NCBI GenBank assembly: GCA_043585115.1
Contig: CP121326.1
Coordinates: forward strand, 370,618 to 434,617
DNA: 64,000 nucleotides
Direction: 5' to 3'
Origin: Marivita sp.
GTDB taxonomy: Bacteria > Pseudomonadota > Alphaproteobacteria > Rhodobacterales > Rhodobacteraceae
Part shown: positions 20,693-31,062 of the stretch, in pieces
Layout: each line of letters begins with the position of its first letter
How positions within the stretch are numbered: the stretch's first letter is position 1
Made by a program: the position numbers and the translations under genes
Notes under the pieces: model-generated
The model's database searches: none
What the model was told of the DNA's origin: nothing
Seen by the model: only the letters and a program-made list of their open reading frames with translations

Positions 20693-21775
20693 TCGCTGGC
20701 TCACGGTTTCCACTGCATGCCGGACCTGATCGGAGACAACGCCATGGCGTGGCGGATCAAGCAAGGTGGTCAATAGCGCCTCGGATGGCTGCGCTTTGCG
20801 GGTCCAGTGTAATCCGCGCAGAATGTCAGAGGCGGTGTCTGGCAGATGATCCGGTATCTCGTGCCCTGCCAATGTTGCCCAGACACAGGTCCAAGCGCGG
20901 CCGACGCTCCATGGGTTATAGCCGCCGCCGCCAGAGACGATCAGGCGCGGCGCCAGCGACCGCAGGACGTTAACAGCCTGCACATGGCAACGGTTTGAAA
21001 GGGTCAGGCGTGACAGCGGGTCTTCGGTTACGGCATCGGCACCGCATTGCAGATAGATCGCATCAGGGCGCTGTTGCACGACGGCAGGCAGGATCACCTC
21101 GTTCAGGATCAGATCGAATTCGGTGTCGTTAAAACCGCGCGGCACGGGGATATTGATCGCAGCGCCGCCAGCCGTGTCATCCAAGCCGCCCGTGAAAGGC
21201 CAACGTCGATCTTCGTGGATCGAGATCATCTGAACCTGCGCAGACCCGCCAAAGGCCACTGCCACGCCATCGCAATGATGGGCGTCGATATCGATATAGG
21301 CGATCCGCTTCAGTCCCATGGCAAGGAGGCGCTGAATGGTCAGGACGGGTTCGTTGATATAGCAAAATCCGTTGGCGCGGTCCGGCAAGCCGTGATGCGT
21401 ACCTCCGCCGGGGTTGTAGGCCACACCGCCGTTGCGCACGTGATCTGCAGCCAAAAGCCCGCCCCCGGCAGCCGTTGCCGGGCGGCGATAGACTTCGGGA
21501 AAAACCGGATTTGACAGAGTGCCAAGGTCATAGGTCAGATCTGCGCGCTGCGTCGCCTCGGCCTGTTGCAGCGCGTCGATATAGGCATCGGTGTGAAAGC
21601 CCGTCAGCGCGGCGGGTTTCGCGCAGGGGCTGGTGCGGTAACGCTCTGGTGGCAACCATCCCAGATCGCGGCACAGGTCCATGACTGTCGGCACGCGCGG
21701 TATCGATAGCGGGTGGTGGGCGCCATAACTTGATCCGCGATAGATACGGGCGCCGATAAAGATTGGGTCAGACAT
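20672..21775 (-). CDS. acuC: Acetoin utilization AcuC / histone deacetylase family protein
   Basis: GGGTHHG, GFCYIN, DIDAHHCDG, QCGAD...DPLS, GGGGY. Confidence 0.85.
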   Translation of the reverse strand: MSDPIFIGARIYRGSSYGAHHPLSIPRVPTVMDLCRDLGWLPPERYRTSPCAKPAALTGFHTDAYIDALQQAEATQRADLTYDLGTLSNPVFPEVYRRPATAAGGGLLAADHVRNGGVAYNPGGGTHHGLPDRANGFCYINEPVLTIQRLLAMGLKRIAYIDIDAHHCDGVAVAFGGSAQVQMISIHEDRRWPFTGGLDDTAGGAAINIPVPRGFNDTEFDLILNEVILPAVVQQRPDAIYLQCGADAVTEDPLSRLTLSNRCHVQAVNVLRSLAPRLIVSGGGGYNPWSVGRAWTCVWATLAGHEIPDHLPDTASDILRGLHWTRKAQPSEALLTTLLDPPRHGVVSDQVRHAVETVSQRSHRWAG

Positions 21776-21847
21776 GCGCAGAAGGTAGGTCGTCAGACGC
21801 CGTCGCCCAAAACAAGCGATACACCGCGGCGTCGGGATGATCCGGGA

Positions 21848-23668
21848 TCACCCCGCTTCGGCCTTTTCCGAAAGCTCCAGCCACAAGTCTTCCGCCTCGG
21901 CCAAGGCGGTCTGGCGCGCGACCAACGCTTCTGAGGCTTTCTTGAACTTGACCGGTTCGCGGGTGAACAACTCTGGGTCTGCCATAAGCTCTTCAAGTTT
22001 GGCGATTTCTGCGGTCAAGCGGTCGATCTCGTTGGGAAGCTCTTCAAGCTTGTGTTTTTCGGTAAAGCTCAGACCCGACTTTGACTTGTTTTGCGTCGAT
22101 GCCGGTTTTGGCGTTGGTTTCTGGGCGGCAGGTTTCGACGCCGTTGCGGTGCTCGTATCTTCCCCGCGTTGGGCACGATAATCGCTCCAACCGCCGGCAT
22201 AGACAGTGGCCCTGCCCCTGCCCTCCATCGCGATGGTGGTCGAGGCAACGCGATCAAGAAAGTCCCGGTCGTGGCTGATGAGTAGAACCGTGCCATCATA
22301 TTCGCCCAACAAATCCTGCAACAGGTCGAGTGTTTCGACATCCAGATCGTTGGTCGGTTCGTCCAGCACCAGCAGGTTTGATTCCCGCGCCATGATGCGG
22401 GCCAGCAAAAGCCGCGCCTTTTCGCCCCCTGACAAAGACCGCACCGGCGCGCGGGCCTGCGCCTCGTCAAAGAGAAATTCCTTGAGATAGCCGACCACAT
22501 GCTTAGGCATGCCGCGCACCATGATCTGATCGGCCTTACCCGAGACACGCATTTCAGGATCACCGGTCAGGTTTTCCCAAAGGCTCAGGTCGCCGTCCAA
22601 CTGCGCCCGGGTTTGGTCGAACACGGCAGGAACAAGGTTTGTGCCCAATTTGACGGTGCCGGAATCGGGCGCGATGTCGCCCATGAGCATCTTGATCAAC
22701 GTGGTTTTCCCCACGCCATTGGGGCCAACAAAGGCCACACGGTCACCGCGCTGCACGGTCAACGAGAAATCTTTGACGATGGGCGTGTCGCCGAATGTCT
22801 TGGTCAGGCCCTTGGCCTCGATCACCTTGCGGCCCGATTTGGGGCCCGACGCCAATTCCATCGCAGCTGTGTCTTGCCGCTTTATCATGTTGCTGCGTTC
22901 GCCGCGCAGCTCTTGTAGGGCGCGGACGCGACCCATGTTTCGTTTGCGTCTGGCGCTGATGCCTTCTACAGCCCATCGCGCCTCGGCCTTGATCTTGCGG
23001 TCCATCTTGTGACGCTGAAGGTCTTCGTCTTCCCACGTTTTGTCACGCCATGCCTCGAATGCATCAAAGCCTTTTTCCTGCCGCCGGACTTGTCCGCGGT
23101 CGATCCACAGGGTCGCGCGGGTCAGTTCGGACAGGAATCGACGGTCGTGGCTGATTAAGACAAAGCCTTTGCGCGTGCGTTTGAGTTCGTCTTCGAGCCA
23201 TCCGATGGCTTCGATGTCGAGATGGTTTGTTGGCTCGTCCAGCAGCATCAATTCCGGGTCTTGGGCCATCAACCGCGCCAAAGCCGCCCGGCGACGCTCT
23301 CCTCCGGATGCCGTATCAACAGACCGGTCTGGATCAAATTTAAGGCCTTCGCCTGCGCGTTCGACTTTGTACAGCTCGGACGGATCAAGACCATACATGG
23401 CGTAGTCGCCCAAAGTGGCGAATGTGCTGAGGTCCGGATCTTGTTCCATATACCCGACGCTGACGCCGGGTGACACGACGCGATCGCCGGTGTCGGCTTC
23501 GACCAAACCGGCCATCACCTTCATCAGGGTGGATTTGCCAGACCCGTTGCGCCCGACCAGCGCAACGCGGTCGCCGGGTTGCACCACAAGGCTGAGGTCA
23601 TGAAACACGGGATCGCCGCCAAAGGTCAGCGAGATTTCGTTGAGTTGAAGAAGTGGGATGATGGCCAT
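21848..23668 (-). CDS. ABC-F ATPase (Uup-like)
   Basis: Two ABC domains (GRNGSGKST, GPNGVGKTT, DEPTNHLD/DEPTNDLD) and a C-terminal coiled coil. Confidence 0.92.
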   Translation of the reverse strand: MAIIPLLQLNEISLTFGGDPVFHDLSLVVQPGDRVALVGRNGSGKSTLMKVMAGLVEADTGDRVVSPGVSVGYMEQDPDLSTFATLGDYAMYGLDPSELYKVERAGEGLKFDPDRSVDTASGGERRRAALARLMAQDPELMLLDEPTNHLDIEAIGWLEDELKRTRKGFVLISHDRRFLSELTRATLWIDRGQVRRQEKGFDAFEAWRDKTWEDEDLQRHKMDRKIKAEARWAVEGISARRKRNMGRVRALQELRGERSNMIKRQDTAAMELASGPKSGRKVIEAKGLTKTFGDTPIVKDFSLTVQRGDRVAFVGPNGVGKTTLIKMLMGDIAPDSGTVKLGTNLVPAVFDQTRAQLDGDLSLWENLTGDPEMRVSGKADQIMVRGMPKHVVGYLKEFLFDEAQARAPVRSLSGGEKARLLLARIMARESNLLVLDEPTNDLDVETLDLLQDLLGEYDGTVLLISHDRDFLDRVASTTIAMEGRGRATVYAGGWSDYRAQRGEDTSTATASKPAAQKPTPKPASTQNKSKSGLSFTEKHKLEELPNEIDRLTAEIAKLEELMADPELFTREPVKFKKASEALVARQTALAEAEDLWLELSEKAEAG

Positions 23669-23677
23669 GGCCTCGCG

Positions 23678-24478
23678 TTACGGCGCGGCGCGCGCAAGGT
23701 CAAGGGGGTTGGGGCTGTCGGTGCCAGCGGATTGGGCCATAGCGCGCAGCCGGGCCTTTCGCGTCTCTGGTATTGCATCGATCATGAGGCCGGTGAACAC
23801 ATGAACACGGTCAAGCTGGATGTCTTGTACCGCGTGGTCGCTGACCCACCCGCCCATGCCAAGATAGCTGCGCAAAAGATGCGGCACCTTTGCGGCGTTC
23901 GGACACGCATCGGGCAAATCAAAAGCGTCTGGCGATTTCCGGTGGGGCGCCAGACTGACGGGCCCAATGTGATGTGCGCGCAGCGATGCAAGGGCCGCGC
24001 TGTGGAGATGCGGGTCTGCGCCGGGCAACGAACTGCACCCCATCATCATCTGCACCTTGTACGTATCCACAAGCCGCCCGAGTGCGGCCCATGCCATCTG
24101 GAGCGCGGTGACGTCCGTTGGGCCTGCGGCCTGACACACGCGGCCCAGTTCCAGAAACGGGCCTTTTTGGCCGTGCAGCGGGCGAAGATCATAGAACTGC
24201 CCGGTGTAGCATCGGTTCAAATCAGCCTCATCCCACAGGAGACGTGCCCGAAAGGCAACTTGGACTGTTTGGTTTTCGGATAGGACGACACCGTGCAAAG
24301 CGGCATCATCGAAGCTGTCGCAATCATCTGCACCGTTGCGAAATGCAGATGCCCTTAGGCGCAAAGCCATGTTTTTGATATCGCACCGTGTTCCCACACG
24401 CGCCGAGTACCCGCCAAGCCGCAGGTGTACCGGCTCGTCCAGAGCAGCGACGCAAGGTGCCGCTGCATGGGGTGTCAT
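23678..24478 (-). CDS. Second OlsB-like N-acyltransferase (probable glutamine-lipid synthase, GlsB-like)
   Basis: DSFDD, YTGQFYDL, LELGRVC, PHLLRSYLGMGGWVSDHAVQD; directly downstream of bamE. Confidence 0.7.
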   Translation of the reverse strand: MTPHAAAPCVAALDEPVHLRLGGYSARVGTRCDIKNMALRLRASAFRNGADDCDSFDDAALHGVVLSENQTVQVAFRARLLWDEADLNRCYTGQFYDLRPLHGQKGPFLELGRVCQAAGPTDVTALQMAWAALGRLVDTYKVQMMMGCSSLPGADPHLHSAALASLRAHHIGPVSLAPHRKSPDAFDLPDACPNAAKVPHLLRSYLGMGGWVSDHAVQDIQLDRVHVFTGLMIDAIPETRKARLRAMAQSAGTDSPNPLDLARAAP

Positions 24479-24933
24479 CAGTTGAAGAATTCGGCCGCGT
24501 TGATGCCACCGATATTGCCAAAGAGTTTGCGGATGAAGCTGATGTCGCCATCACCCGACTGCGTCACACGTCGTGCGATTGGAACCACCTGCCCGTCTTC
24601 GAGGCCGTAGCGTTCGATATTCTGCACAACCCCATCGCTGTCAAAGGTGATGGCCAAGACTTCGCGGTCGACGACTTCGGGGCGCTGCCAAGCGAAATGA
24701 CGAACATCGCTTTCAATGTAGTAAAAGCCGGATTCGTTAAGTGTACCCGATGTGGACGGAACCCCAACAAGGTCTTCGACTGTGCCTCGGGTATCGACCC
24801 CCGGCACAATTTGCTGCAATTCGTCTTCGGATGGAACATATCCATGCGTGCGGTAGCGCGCTGTACATCCGGCAAGCGAAATGCACAAAAGCGTCACAAG
24901 CCCGATCCTGATTGTCGATCTGATGCCCTGCAT
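24478..24933 (-). CDS. bamE: Outer membrane protein assembly factor BamE
   Basis: LAGC lipobox; HGYVP...IVPGVDTRGTV...GVPS; divergent from yceD. Confidence 0.9.
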   Translation of the reverse strand: MQGIRSTIRIGLVTLLCISLAGCTARYRTHGYVPSEDELQQIVPGVDTRGTVEDLVGVPSTSGTLNESGFYYIESDVRHFAWQRPEVVDREVLAITFDSDGVVQNIERYGLEDGQVVPIARRVTQSGDGDISFIRKLFGNIGGINAAEFFN

Positions 24934-25020
24934 GGCGCCTCTCTTGCGTTGGCGTTCGCTGCCTTTTATCCCGATTACACGGCCTTTGGCCTGCGTTCAA
25001 GCAAAGGGTGCACACAAGAT

Positions 25021-25578
25021 ATGCCACAACAGGTTCTGAAACCCGGAGAATTTCGTGTGAGCGACCTGTCGACTCGCCGAGAGACGACGTTCGAACTCCA
25101 ACCCGATGCGCCTGCACGTGCAGCGATTTCCGATCAACTGGGGCTTCTCGGCCTCAAGAAATTACGCTTTCAGGGCACAATTTCCCCGTCCGGCGCGCGT
25201 GGCTGGTCGTTGACCGGCAAAATGGGCGCGACCGTGGTGCAGCCATGCGTGGTGACGCTTGATCCGGTGACGACGCGGATCGATGAGCCTGTTGAGCGGA
25301 TGTTCATGCCCGCGGATTATTTCGAGGAAGTTGAAGCCGGATCCGAGATGGAGATGCCGGAAGACACAAGCAGCGAGCCTCTGGGAAACATCATTTCGGC
25401 ATTTGACGCGATGGTCGAATCGCTGGTGCTGGCATTGCCCCAATATCCAAGAACGTCTGACGCTGATCTTGGTGAGGCGGTGTTTGCCGAAGACGGTGTC
25501 ACCCCGTTGAAAGACGAAGACACCAAGCCGTTTGCCGGCCTTGCGGCGCTGCGCGATCAGTTGGATAAAAAGTCCTGA
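25021..25578 (+). CDS. YceD/DUF177 family protein
   Basis: ATVVQPCVVTLDPV, ESLVLALPQYPR, KPFAGLAALR; upstream of rpmF. Confidence 0.9.
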   Translation: MPQQVLKPGEFRVSDLSTRRETTFELQPDAPARAAISDQLGLLGLKKLRFQGTISPSGARGWSLTGKMGATVVQPCVVTLDPVTTRIDEPVERMFMPADYFEEVEAGSEMEMPEDTSSEPLGNIISAFDAMVESLVLALPQYPRTSDADLGEAVFAEDGVTPLKDEDTKPFAGLAALRDQLDKKS

Positions 25579-25743
25579 CGCATCTCGCCAGAAAATGCTT
25601 GCGGATTTCACGATTGCCCCTATGTTCGCGCCTTCATCCGAGGTGGGGTTGTCACCCGGCCCGGTTTTCCCTTAAGAGGCCGGACACACCCAAAACGCGG
25701 CATGGCGAGCATGCCACAGGTAATAGATAATTGAGGTTGAGAC

Positions 25744-25950
25744 ATGGCTGTCCAACAGAACAAAGTATCCAAGTCGCGTCGCAACAACCGTCGCGCACAT
25801 GACGCTCTGGTTGCTGCAAACCCGAACGAATGCAGCAATTGCGGCGAACTCAAGCGTCCACACCACGTTTGCCCGTCTTGCGGTCATTACGCGGATCGCG
25901 AAGTGATCGCACAGGCCGACGAAATCGACCTGGACGAAGACGCGGCATAA
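25744..25950 (+). CDS. rpmF: 50S ribosomal protein L32
   Basis: [19 protein letters not shown]...[20 protein letters not shown]. Confidence 0.98.
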   Translation: MAVQQNKVSKSRRNNRRAHDALVAANPNECSNCGELKRPHHVCPSCGHYADREVIAQADEIDLDEDAA

Positions 25951-25975
25951 GCAACGATTGGGCGTACCCCTCCGC

Positions 25976-27085
25976 ATGACCTCATCGCAGGATCATAACA
26001 AGGTGGGTGATACGCCAATTGTGCTATCTATCGACGCTATGGGCGGCGATCTGGGGCCGGAGGCAGTTGTCTCCGGCATGTCTCTTTCTGCGGCAGCGAA
26101 TCCCAACATTCGTTTTCTGGTCCATGGACCGGAAGCCAAGCTGGCAAAGCTGATCGAGCGCAAGAAGGCTTTGGCCGGGCGGTGCGAGATCAGGGATTCG
26201 TCTGGTGTGGTGTCGATGGACGACAAACCCAGTCAGGTCATGCGGCACGGTCAGGATACGTCCATGTGGGCGGCGATTGATTCTGTGCGCAATAAAGAAG
26301 CCACCGTTGCGGTGTCCTGTGGCAACACAGGCGCGTTGATGGCGTTGTCGATGATCCGCTTACGTAAACTGCCCGGTGTGAACCGCCCAGCAATTGCGAT
26401 TCTATGGCCGTCCCGCAATCCGCAGGGCTTTAATGTCATGCTTGATGTGGGCGCCGACATCCGGGCCGATGCGCAGGATTTGCTGCAATACGCGCTGATG
26501 GGCGTTTCTTACGCCCGAAACGGCCTGAATCTGGATCGCCCGCGCGTAGGTTTGCTCAACGTTGGCACCGAAGAGCACAAGGGCCGCGCAGAGTTAAAAG
26601 AAGCGCATGAGCTGATCAGTCAGGTCGCCGACCGCGCGCAATTCGAATTTGTCGGCTTTGTTGAAGGCGGCGATATTCCCGGTGAGGCCTGTGACGTGAT
26701 TGTCACCGACGGCTTTACCGGCAATGTCGCGCTGAAAACCGGTGAAGGCACTGCCTCGCTGATTGGCGACCGGTTGAAAGAGGCGTTTGCCTACTCGACT
26801 CTGTCGAGGCTTGCGTCTGTTTTGGCGCTGACCTCGTTGCGTCGCCTGAAGAAAAAGATCGACCCCCGCCGCGTCAATGGCGGTGTGTTTCTTGGGCTGA
26901 ATGGCACGGTCGTGAAATCCCACGGGTCGGCCGACGAAACCGGCGTGTCCGCCGCGATCCGATTGGCGTGCCAATTGGCGCAGTCCGGCTTTTCGGACAG
27001 GCTTGCTGCGCGACTGGCGTCGATCACTGAAATCGCATCCGAAACCGATTCACAAACATCCACTCATGAGGAGAGCCCGAAATGA
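25976..27085 (+). CDS. plsX: Phosphate acyltransferase
   Basis: DAMGGDLGP, SCGNTGAL, LLNVGTEEHKG, DGFTGNVALK, KSHGS. Confidence 0.97.
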   Translation: MTSSQDHNKVGDTPIVLSIDAMGGDLGPEAVVSGMSLSAAANPNIRFLVHGPEAKLAKLIERKKALAGRCEIRDSSGVVSMDDKPSQVMRHGQDTSMWAAIDSVRNKEATVAVSCGNTGALMALSMIRLRKLPGVNRPAIAILWPSRNPQGFNVMLDVGADIRADAQDLLQYALMGVSYARNGLNLDRPRVGLLNVGTEEHKGRAELKEAHELISQVADRAQFEFVGFVEGGDIPGEACDVIVTDGFTGNVALKTGEGTASLIGDRLKEAFAYSTLSRLASVLALTSLRRLKKKIDPRRVNGGVFLGLNGTVVKSHGSADETGVSAAIRLACQLAQSGFSDRLAARLASITEIASETDSQTSTHEESPK

Positions 27086-28053
27086 CCACACGTTCGGTTG
27101 TCGTAGGGCTGGGACATTACCTGCCCGAGCGCGTTGTTCCGAATTCGGAATTCGAAGCGTCGCTGGACACCTCGGATGAATGGATCAAATCGCGGTCGGG
27201 AATCGAGCGCAGGCATTTCGTGGCCGAGGGCGAGACAACCTCTGATCTGGCGACCAATGCCGGACAAAACGCACTGGCCAATGCCGGACTGACCGCCAAC
27301 GATCTTGACGCGATCATCGTGGCCACGTCGACTGCGGACCTCACCTTTCCGTCTGCGGCCACCATGGTGCAGGCCTCGCTTGGCATGACACGCGGATTTG
27401 CCTTTGATGTGCAGGCGGTTTGTGCCGGATTTATCTATGCCGTCGCAAACGCCAATGCGTTGATCCTGTCGGGTCAGGCCAAGCGGATCATGGTGATCGG
27501 TGCGGAAACCTTTAGCCGCATTATGGACTGGACCGACCGTTCGACCTGTGTGCTGTTTGGTGATGGTGCCGGTGCAATCATCCTCGAAGCGCAAGACGGC
27601 GCAGGCGACAAATCGGACAGAGGTATCTTGTCGGTTGATTTGAACTCGGACGGCACACATCGCGAGATTCTGTACGTCGATGGGGGTGTCAGCACCCAAA
27701 CCACCGGATTTCTGCGGATGCAGGGCAAAGAGGTGTTCCGCCACGCGGTCGAGAAGCTGGCCAAGACAGCGACCACGGCAATGGAAAGCGCCGGAATCGC
27801 AAGCGACGAAGTCGATTGGATTGTCCCGCATCAGGCCAATATCCGCATCATTCAGGGCACTGCCAAGAAACTTGGTCTGTCGATGGACAATGTCGTGGTG
27901 ACGGTCCAGGACCACGGCAACACCTCTGCCGCGTCGATTCCCCTTGCTCTTTCGGTGGGCGTCGAGCGTGGTCAGATCAAACGCGGCGATGTAATTGTGA
28001 CCGAAGCCATTGGTGGCGGTTTGGCCTGGGGCGCGGTTGTGCTGCGCTGGTAG
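27082..28053 (+). CDS. fabH: Beta-ketoacyl-ACP synthase III
   Basis: AVCAGF, LFGDGAGA, PHQANIRI, GNTSAAS. Confidence 0.97.
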   Translation: MTTRSVVVGLGHYLPERVVPNSEFEASLDTSDEWIKSRSGIERRHFVAEGETTSDLATNAGQNALANAGLTANDLDAIIVATSTADLTFPSAATMVQASLGMTRGFAFDVQAVCAGFIYAVANANALILSGQAKRIMVIGAETFSRIMDWTDRSTCVLFGDGAGAIILEAQDGAGDKSDRGILSVDLNSDGTHREILYVDGGVSTQTTGFLRMQGKEVFRHAVEKLAKTATTAMESAGIASDEVDWIVPHQANIRIIQGTAKKLGLSMDNVVVTVQDHGNTSAASIPLALSVGVERGQIKRGDVIVTEAIGGGLAWGAVVLRW

Positions 28054-28146
28054 GCGAAATCTTTCTAAATTCCCCCGTGCAAGCCGTTGATATTGACTCG
28101 GAAAATCGCAAGGCGCATGTTGTCGTGAACCGGGGAGGTTTGTGTA

Positions 28147-28449
28147 ATGGGACAAAAGACGCTGACACGTATGGACCTGAGCGAAGCAGTGTTTCGCGAA
28201 GTTGGTTTGTCGCGCAATGAAAGTGCTGATCTTGTTGAAACGGTTTTGAACCACATGTCCGACGCCTTAGTGGCAGGTGAACAGGTCAAAATCTCGTCCT
28301 TCGGGACATTCTCGATCCGCGACAAAGCGGCCCGTGTCGGACGCAATCCCAAAACGGGCGAAGAGGTTCCAATCAACCCGCGCCGCGTTTTGACGTTCCG
28401 TCCATCGCACCTGATGAAAGACCGAGTGGCTGCCGGCAATAAAGGCTGA
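28147..28449 (+). CDS. ihfA: Integration host factor alpha
   Basis: VKISSFGTF...[12 protein letters not shown]; follows fabH. Confidence 0.96.
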   Translation: MGQKTLTRMDLSEAVFREVGLSRNESADLVETVLNHMSDALVAGEQVKISSFGTFSIRDKAARVGRNPKTGEEVPINPRRVLTFRPSHLMKDRVAAGNKG

Positions 28450-28454
28450 CCCCT

Positions 28455-29414
28455 ATGAGCAAATCCGCAGACGCCTTCCGCACAATCAGCGAAGTGGCCG
28501 AATGGCTGGATACGCCAGCGCATGTGCTGCGGTTTTGGGAAAGCAAGTTCACGCAAGTCAAACCGGTCAAACGCGCCGGTGGTCGGAGGTATTACCGTCC
28601 GGCGGATATGCGGCTATTGGCCGGGATCAAGCGCCTGCTGCACGAGGATGGGATGACCATCAAAGGTGTGCAGAAAATATTGCGCGAACAAGGCATTAAG
28701 CACGTTTCCTCACTTTGCGAATCAAGCTTGAGCGAAGATGATGACCTCGACGCAGTAGAGTTGGAAACGGTGCCCGAAGCGAACCCGGTTGATACGGTCG
28801 TGCCTTTCACGAAACCGGAAACCGAACCCGAACCAGAGCCGGATTTGCTGACCAAGGCCGAGGACCTAGTCGCCGAGGTTGAAGAGACGGACGTCGCAGA
28901 GAACACTGACCAAGACGCTGCGGCTTTGGATGTGGACGCGGATGTCGTCACTGCTGACGCCGAAGGTGCCGAGGTTCATCCAGAACAGGTCGAGACCGCA
29001 GCAGAGCCTGACGTCGCGCCAGATGAGCCGGAACCCAACGCGGAACCGGTTGACGAAACCCCGGCCGCTGTAGACGAGGACATTGCGTCAGACGTCGCGG
29101 AAATTGCAGCTCAGGACGACGCGTCAGAGGTGGCAGAGGTCGAAGAAGAGACCGCTGTTATCGCCGAGGAAGAGACATCCGCCCTGCCCAGCTTTCTTCA
29201 GAACTCGATGGAAGAGCGGCGTGCGGATGAGGCTGAAGACACAGCAGAGGTGGAATCAGCCGAAGCTGAGCCCCCCGTCGACACCGCGCCACCGGCTGAA
29301 ATTGATCCCGTGCCCAGTGCACTGACGTATCTGTCACAGATAAGGCACCTGTCGCCGGACGCGGCACAGCAGATTGCGCCAATTGTTGAAAAACTAAAAC
29401 AAGTTGCCCGCTAA
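28455..29414 (+). CDS. MerR-family HTH regulator with a long acidic tail
   Basis: FRTISEVA...[10 protein letters not shown]...RRYYRP...GMTIKGVQ, then about 200 aa rich in D/E/A/P. Confidence 0.88.
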   Translation: MSKSADAFRTISEVAEWLDTPAHVLRFWESKFTQVKPVKRAGGRRYYRPADMRLLAGIKRLLHEDGMTIKGVQKILREQGIKHVSSLCESSLSEDDDLDAVELETVPEANPVDTVVPFTKPETEPEPEPDLLTKAEDLVAEVEETDVAENTDQDAAALDVDADVVTADAEGAEVHPEQVETAAEPDVAPDEPEPNAEPVDETPAAVDEDIASDVAEIAAQDDASEVAEVEEETAVIAEEETSALPSFLQNSMEERRADEAEDTAEVESAEAEPPVDTAPPAEIDPVPSALTYLSQIRHLSPDAAQQIAPIVEKLKQVAR

Positions 29415-29481
29415 TCGACGTCCCTCAACGGTGAAATTCGCTCTTGCGGCCTGATGCAAAACCGTTATGACAGGCGGCAGT

Positions 29482-29558
29482 CGGGCTATGGCGCAGCCTG
29501 GTAGCGCGTCCGTCTGGGGGACGGAAGGTCGCAGGTTCGAGTCCTGCTAGCCCGACCA
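29482..29558 (+). tRNA. tRNA-Pro (GGG)
   Basis: CGGGCTA/TAGCCCG acceptor stem, anticodon arm TCCGT-CTGGGGG-ACGGA, GGTTCGAGTCC, CCA end; 77 nt. Confidence 0.96.
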
Positions 29559-29667
29559 ATCATCAAACAGCTATCAATTCCGCCGCGCGCCGTGTGCAAT
29601 GGGGAAAATCCCCTCGCGCGTGATACAACTGCTTGCTATGCAAGGCAGAACGCGGATGGGGGATGGT

Positions 29668-30747
29668 ATGACGGGTGTATTGGCCAACCAGCAAATCACG
29701 GTTCTGATGGAGCGCGGCATCATTGCTGCGGACACAGATTTTGTCGACGGTCAGGTACAACCTGCCAGCCTTGATCTGCGACTGGGCACTGTCGCTTACC
29801 GGGTGCGTGCTTCGTTTCTAGCAGGTCATGGTCGCCGTGTGGCGGACCGTCTGGCGGATTTCGAAATGCACCGCATTTCACTGGAGGGCGGTGCGGTTCT
29901 TGAAAAAGGCTGCGTCTATCTGGTGCCATTGATGGAGCGGCTGGCCCTGCCCGATGACATCAGTGCGGTTGCCAATGCCAAAAGCTCGACCGGCCGCCTG
30001 GATTTGCTGACACGCACCATCACCGATGAAGGCACCGAGTTTGACCGTGTGGCTGCAGGCTATACCGGACCGCTTTACGCCGAGATTTGCCCACGGTCCT
30101 TTTCAGTGCTAGTGCGCCCCGGCATGCGGCTAAATCAGATCCGCTTTCGCAACGGGCAATCGGTTCTGTCGGATGATACTCTGCGTGCCTTGCATGAAGA
30201 ACAAACATTGGTCACCGGCGGGCCTGCTGTGATCAGCGACGGGTTGGGATTTTCGGTCGATCTCAAACCTGCCGAAGGCGATCTGGTGGGTTATCGCGCC
30301 AAGCCTCATACCGGGGTGATCGACCTTGATAAGTTGGGGCATTACGCGCCGTCTGATTTCTGGGAAGAGCTGCACACGTCCAATGGTCAGATCATTCTTG
30401 ACCCGGATGCGTTTTACATTCTTGTCAGCCGAGAAGCCGTACATATCCCGCCGGACTATGCCGCCGAAATGGCGCCGTTTCTCGCGATGGTCGGGGAATT
30501 TCGCGTGCATTATGCGGGGTTCTTTGATCCCGGCTTTGGCCATGACGCCGCGGGCGGTATGGGGTCGCGCGGGGTGCTCGAGGTGCGCTGCCACGAAGCC
30601 CCGTTTGTGCTAGAGCACGGGCAGATCGTGGGTCGGTTGGTCTATGAACAAATGGACCAATCCCCAAGCCAGTTATATGGCGCGGGGATTGCGTCGAACT
30701 ATCAAGGACAGGGGTTGAAGCTGTCCAAACACTTTGCGGCAGGTTAA
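29668..30747 (+). CDS. dcd: dCTP deaminase (alphaproteobacterial long form)
   Basis: QPASLDLRLG, NAKSSTGRLD, HYAGFFDPGFG, YQGQG. Confidence 0.9.
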   Translation: MTGVLANQQITVLMERGIIAADTDFVDGQVQPASLDLRLGTVAYRVRASFLAGHGRRVADRLADFEMHRISLEGGAVLEKGCVYLVPLMERLALPDDISAVANAKSSTGRLDLLTRTITDEGTEFDRVAAGYTGPLYAEICPRSFSVLVRPGMRLNQIRFRNGQSVLSDDTLRALHEEQTLVTGGPAVISDGLGFSVDLKPAEGDLVGYRAKPHTGVIDLDKLGHYAPSDFWEELHTSNGQIILDPDAFYILVSREAVHIPPDYAAEMAPFLAMVGEFRVHYAGFFDPGFGHDAAGGMGSRGVLEVRCHEAPFVLEHGQIVGRLVYEQMDQSPSQLYGAGIASNYQGQGLKLSKHFAAG

Positions 30748-30896
30748 GCGCGCGGGTCGTGATCTTGGGTCGGAGCGGGCTTCTTGCGCTTGGACAATGC
30801 GTTTTGTCCCGCATTCATGCCGGCGTTGATGCCTGAATTAATCACACGGCGCATGACCGTGCGCATCACCATGTTGATAATCTGATTGAGGTTCAT
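30744..30896 (-). CDS. Small hypothetical protein (50 aa)
   Basis: MNLNQIINMVMRTVMRRVINSGINAG... preceded by a CAGGAGG RBS. Confidence 0.65.
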   Translation of the reverse strand: MNLNQIINMVMRTVMRRVINSGINAGMNAGQNALSKRKKPAPTQDHDPRA

Positions 30897-31062
30897 ATCG
30901 TCCTCCTGCTGGGTTTTGTCTGCCTCGACAGGCGATATAGGCAACGATTGCGTCTATTTTCAGGCATTGTTTCAGAAAACTGCCAGGGTTCGCAAAAAAG
31001 CTGGGGCAAATGTCGATGTGTGGCGTCAACGGATATGGCATTCCGGCGACCTGAATGCCGAT

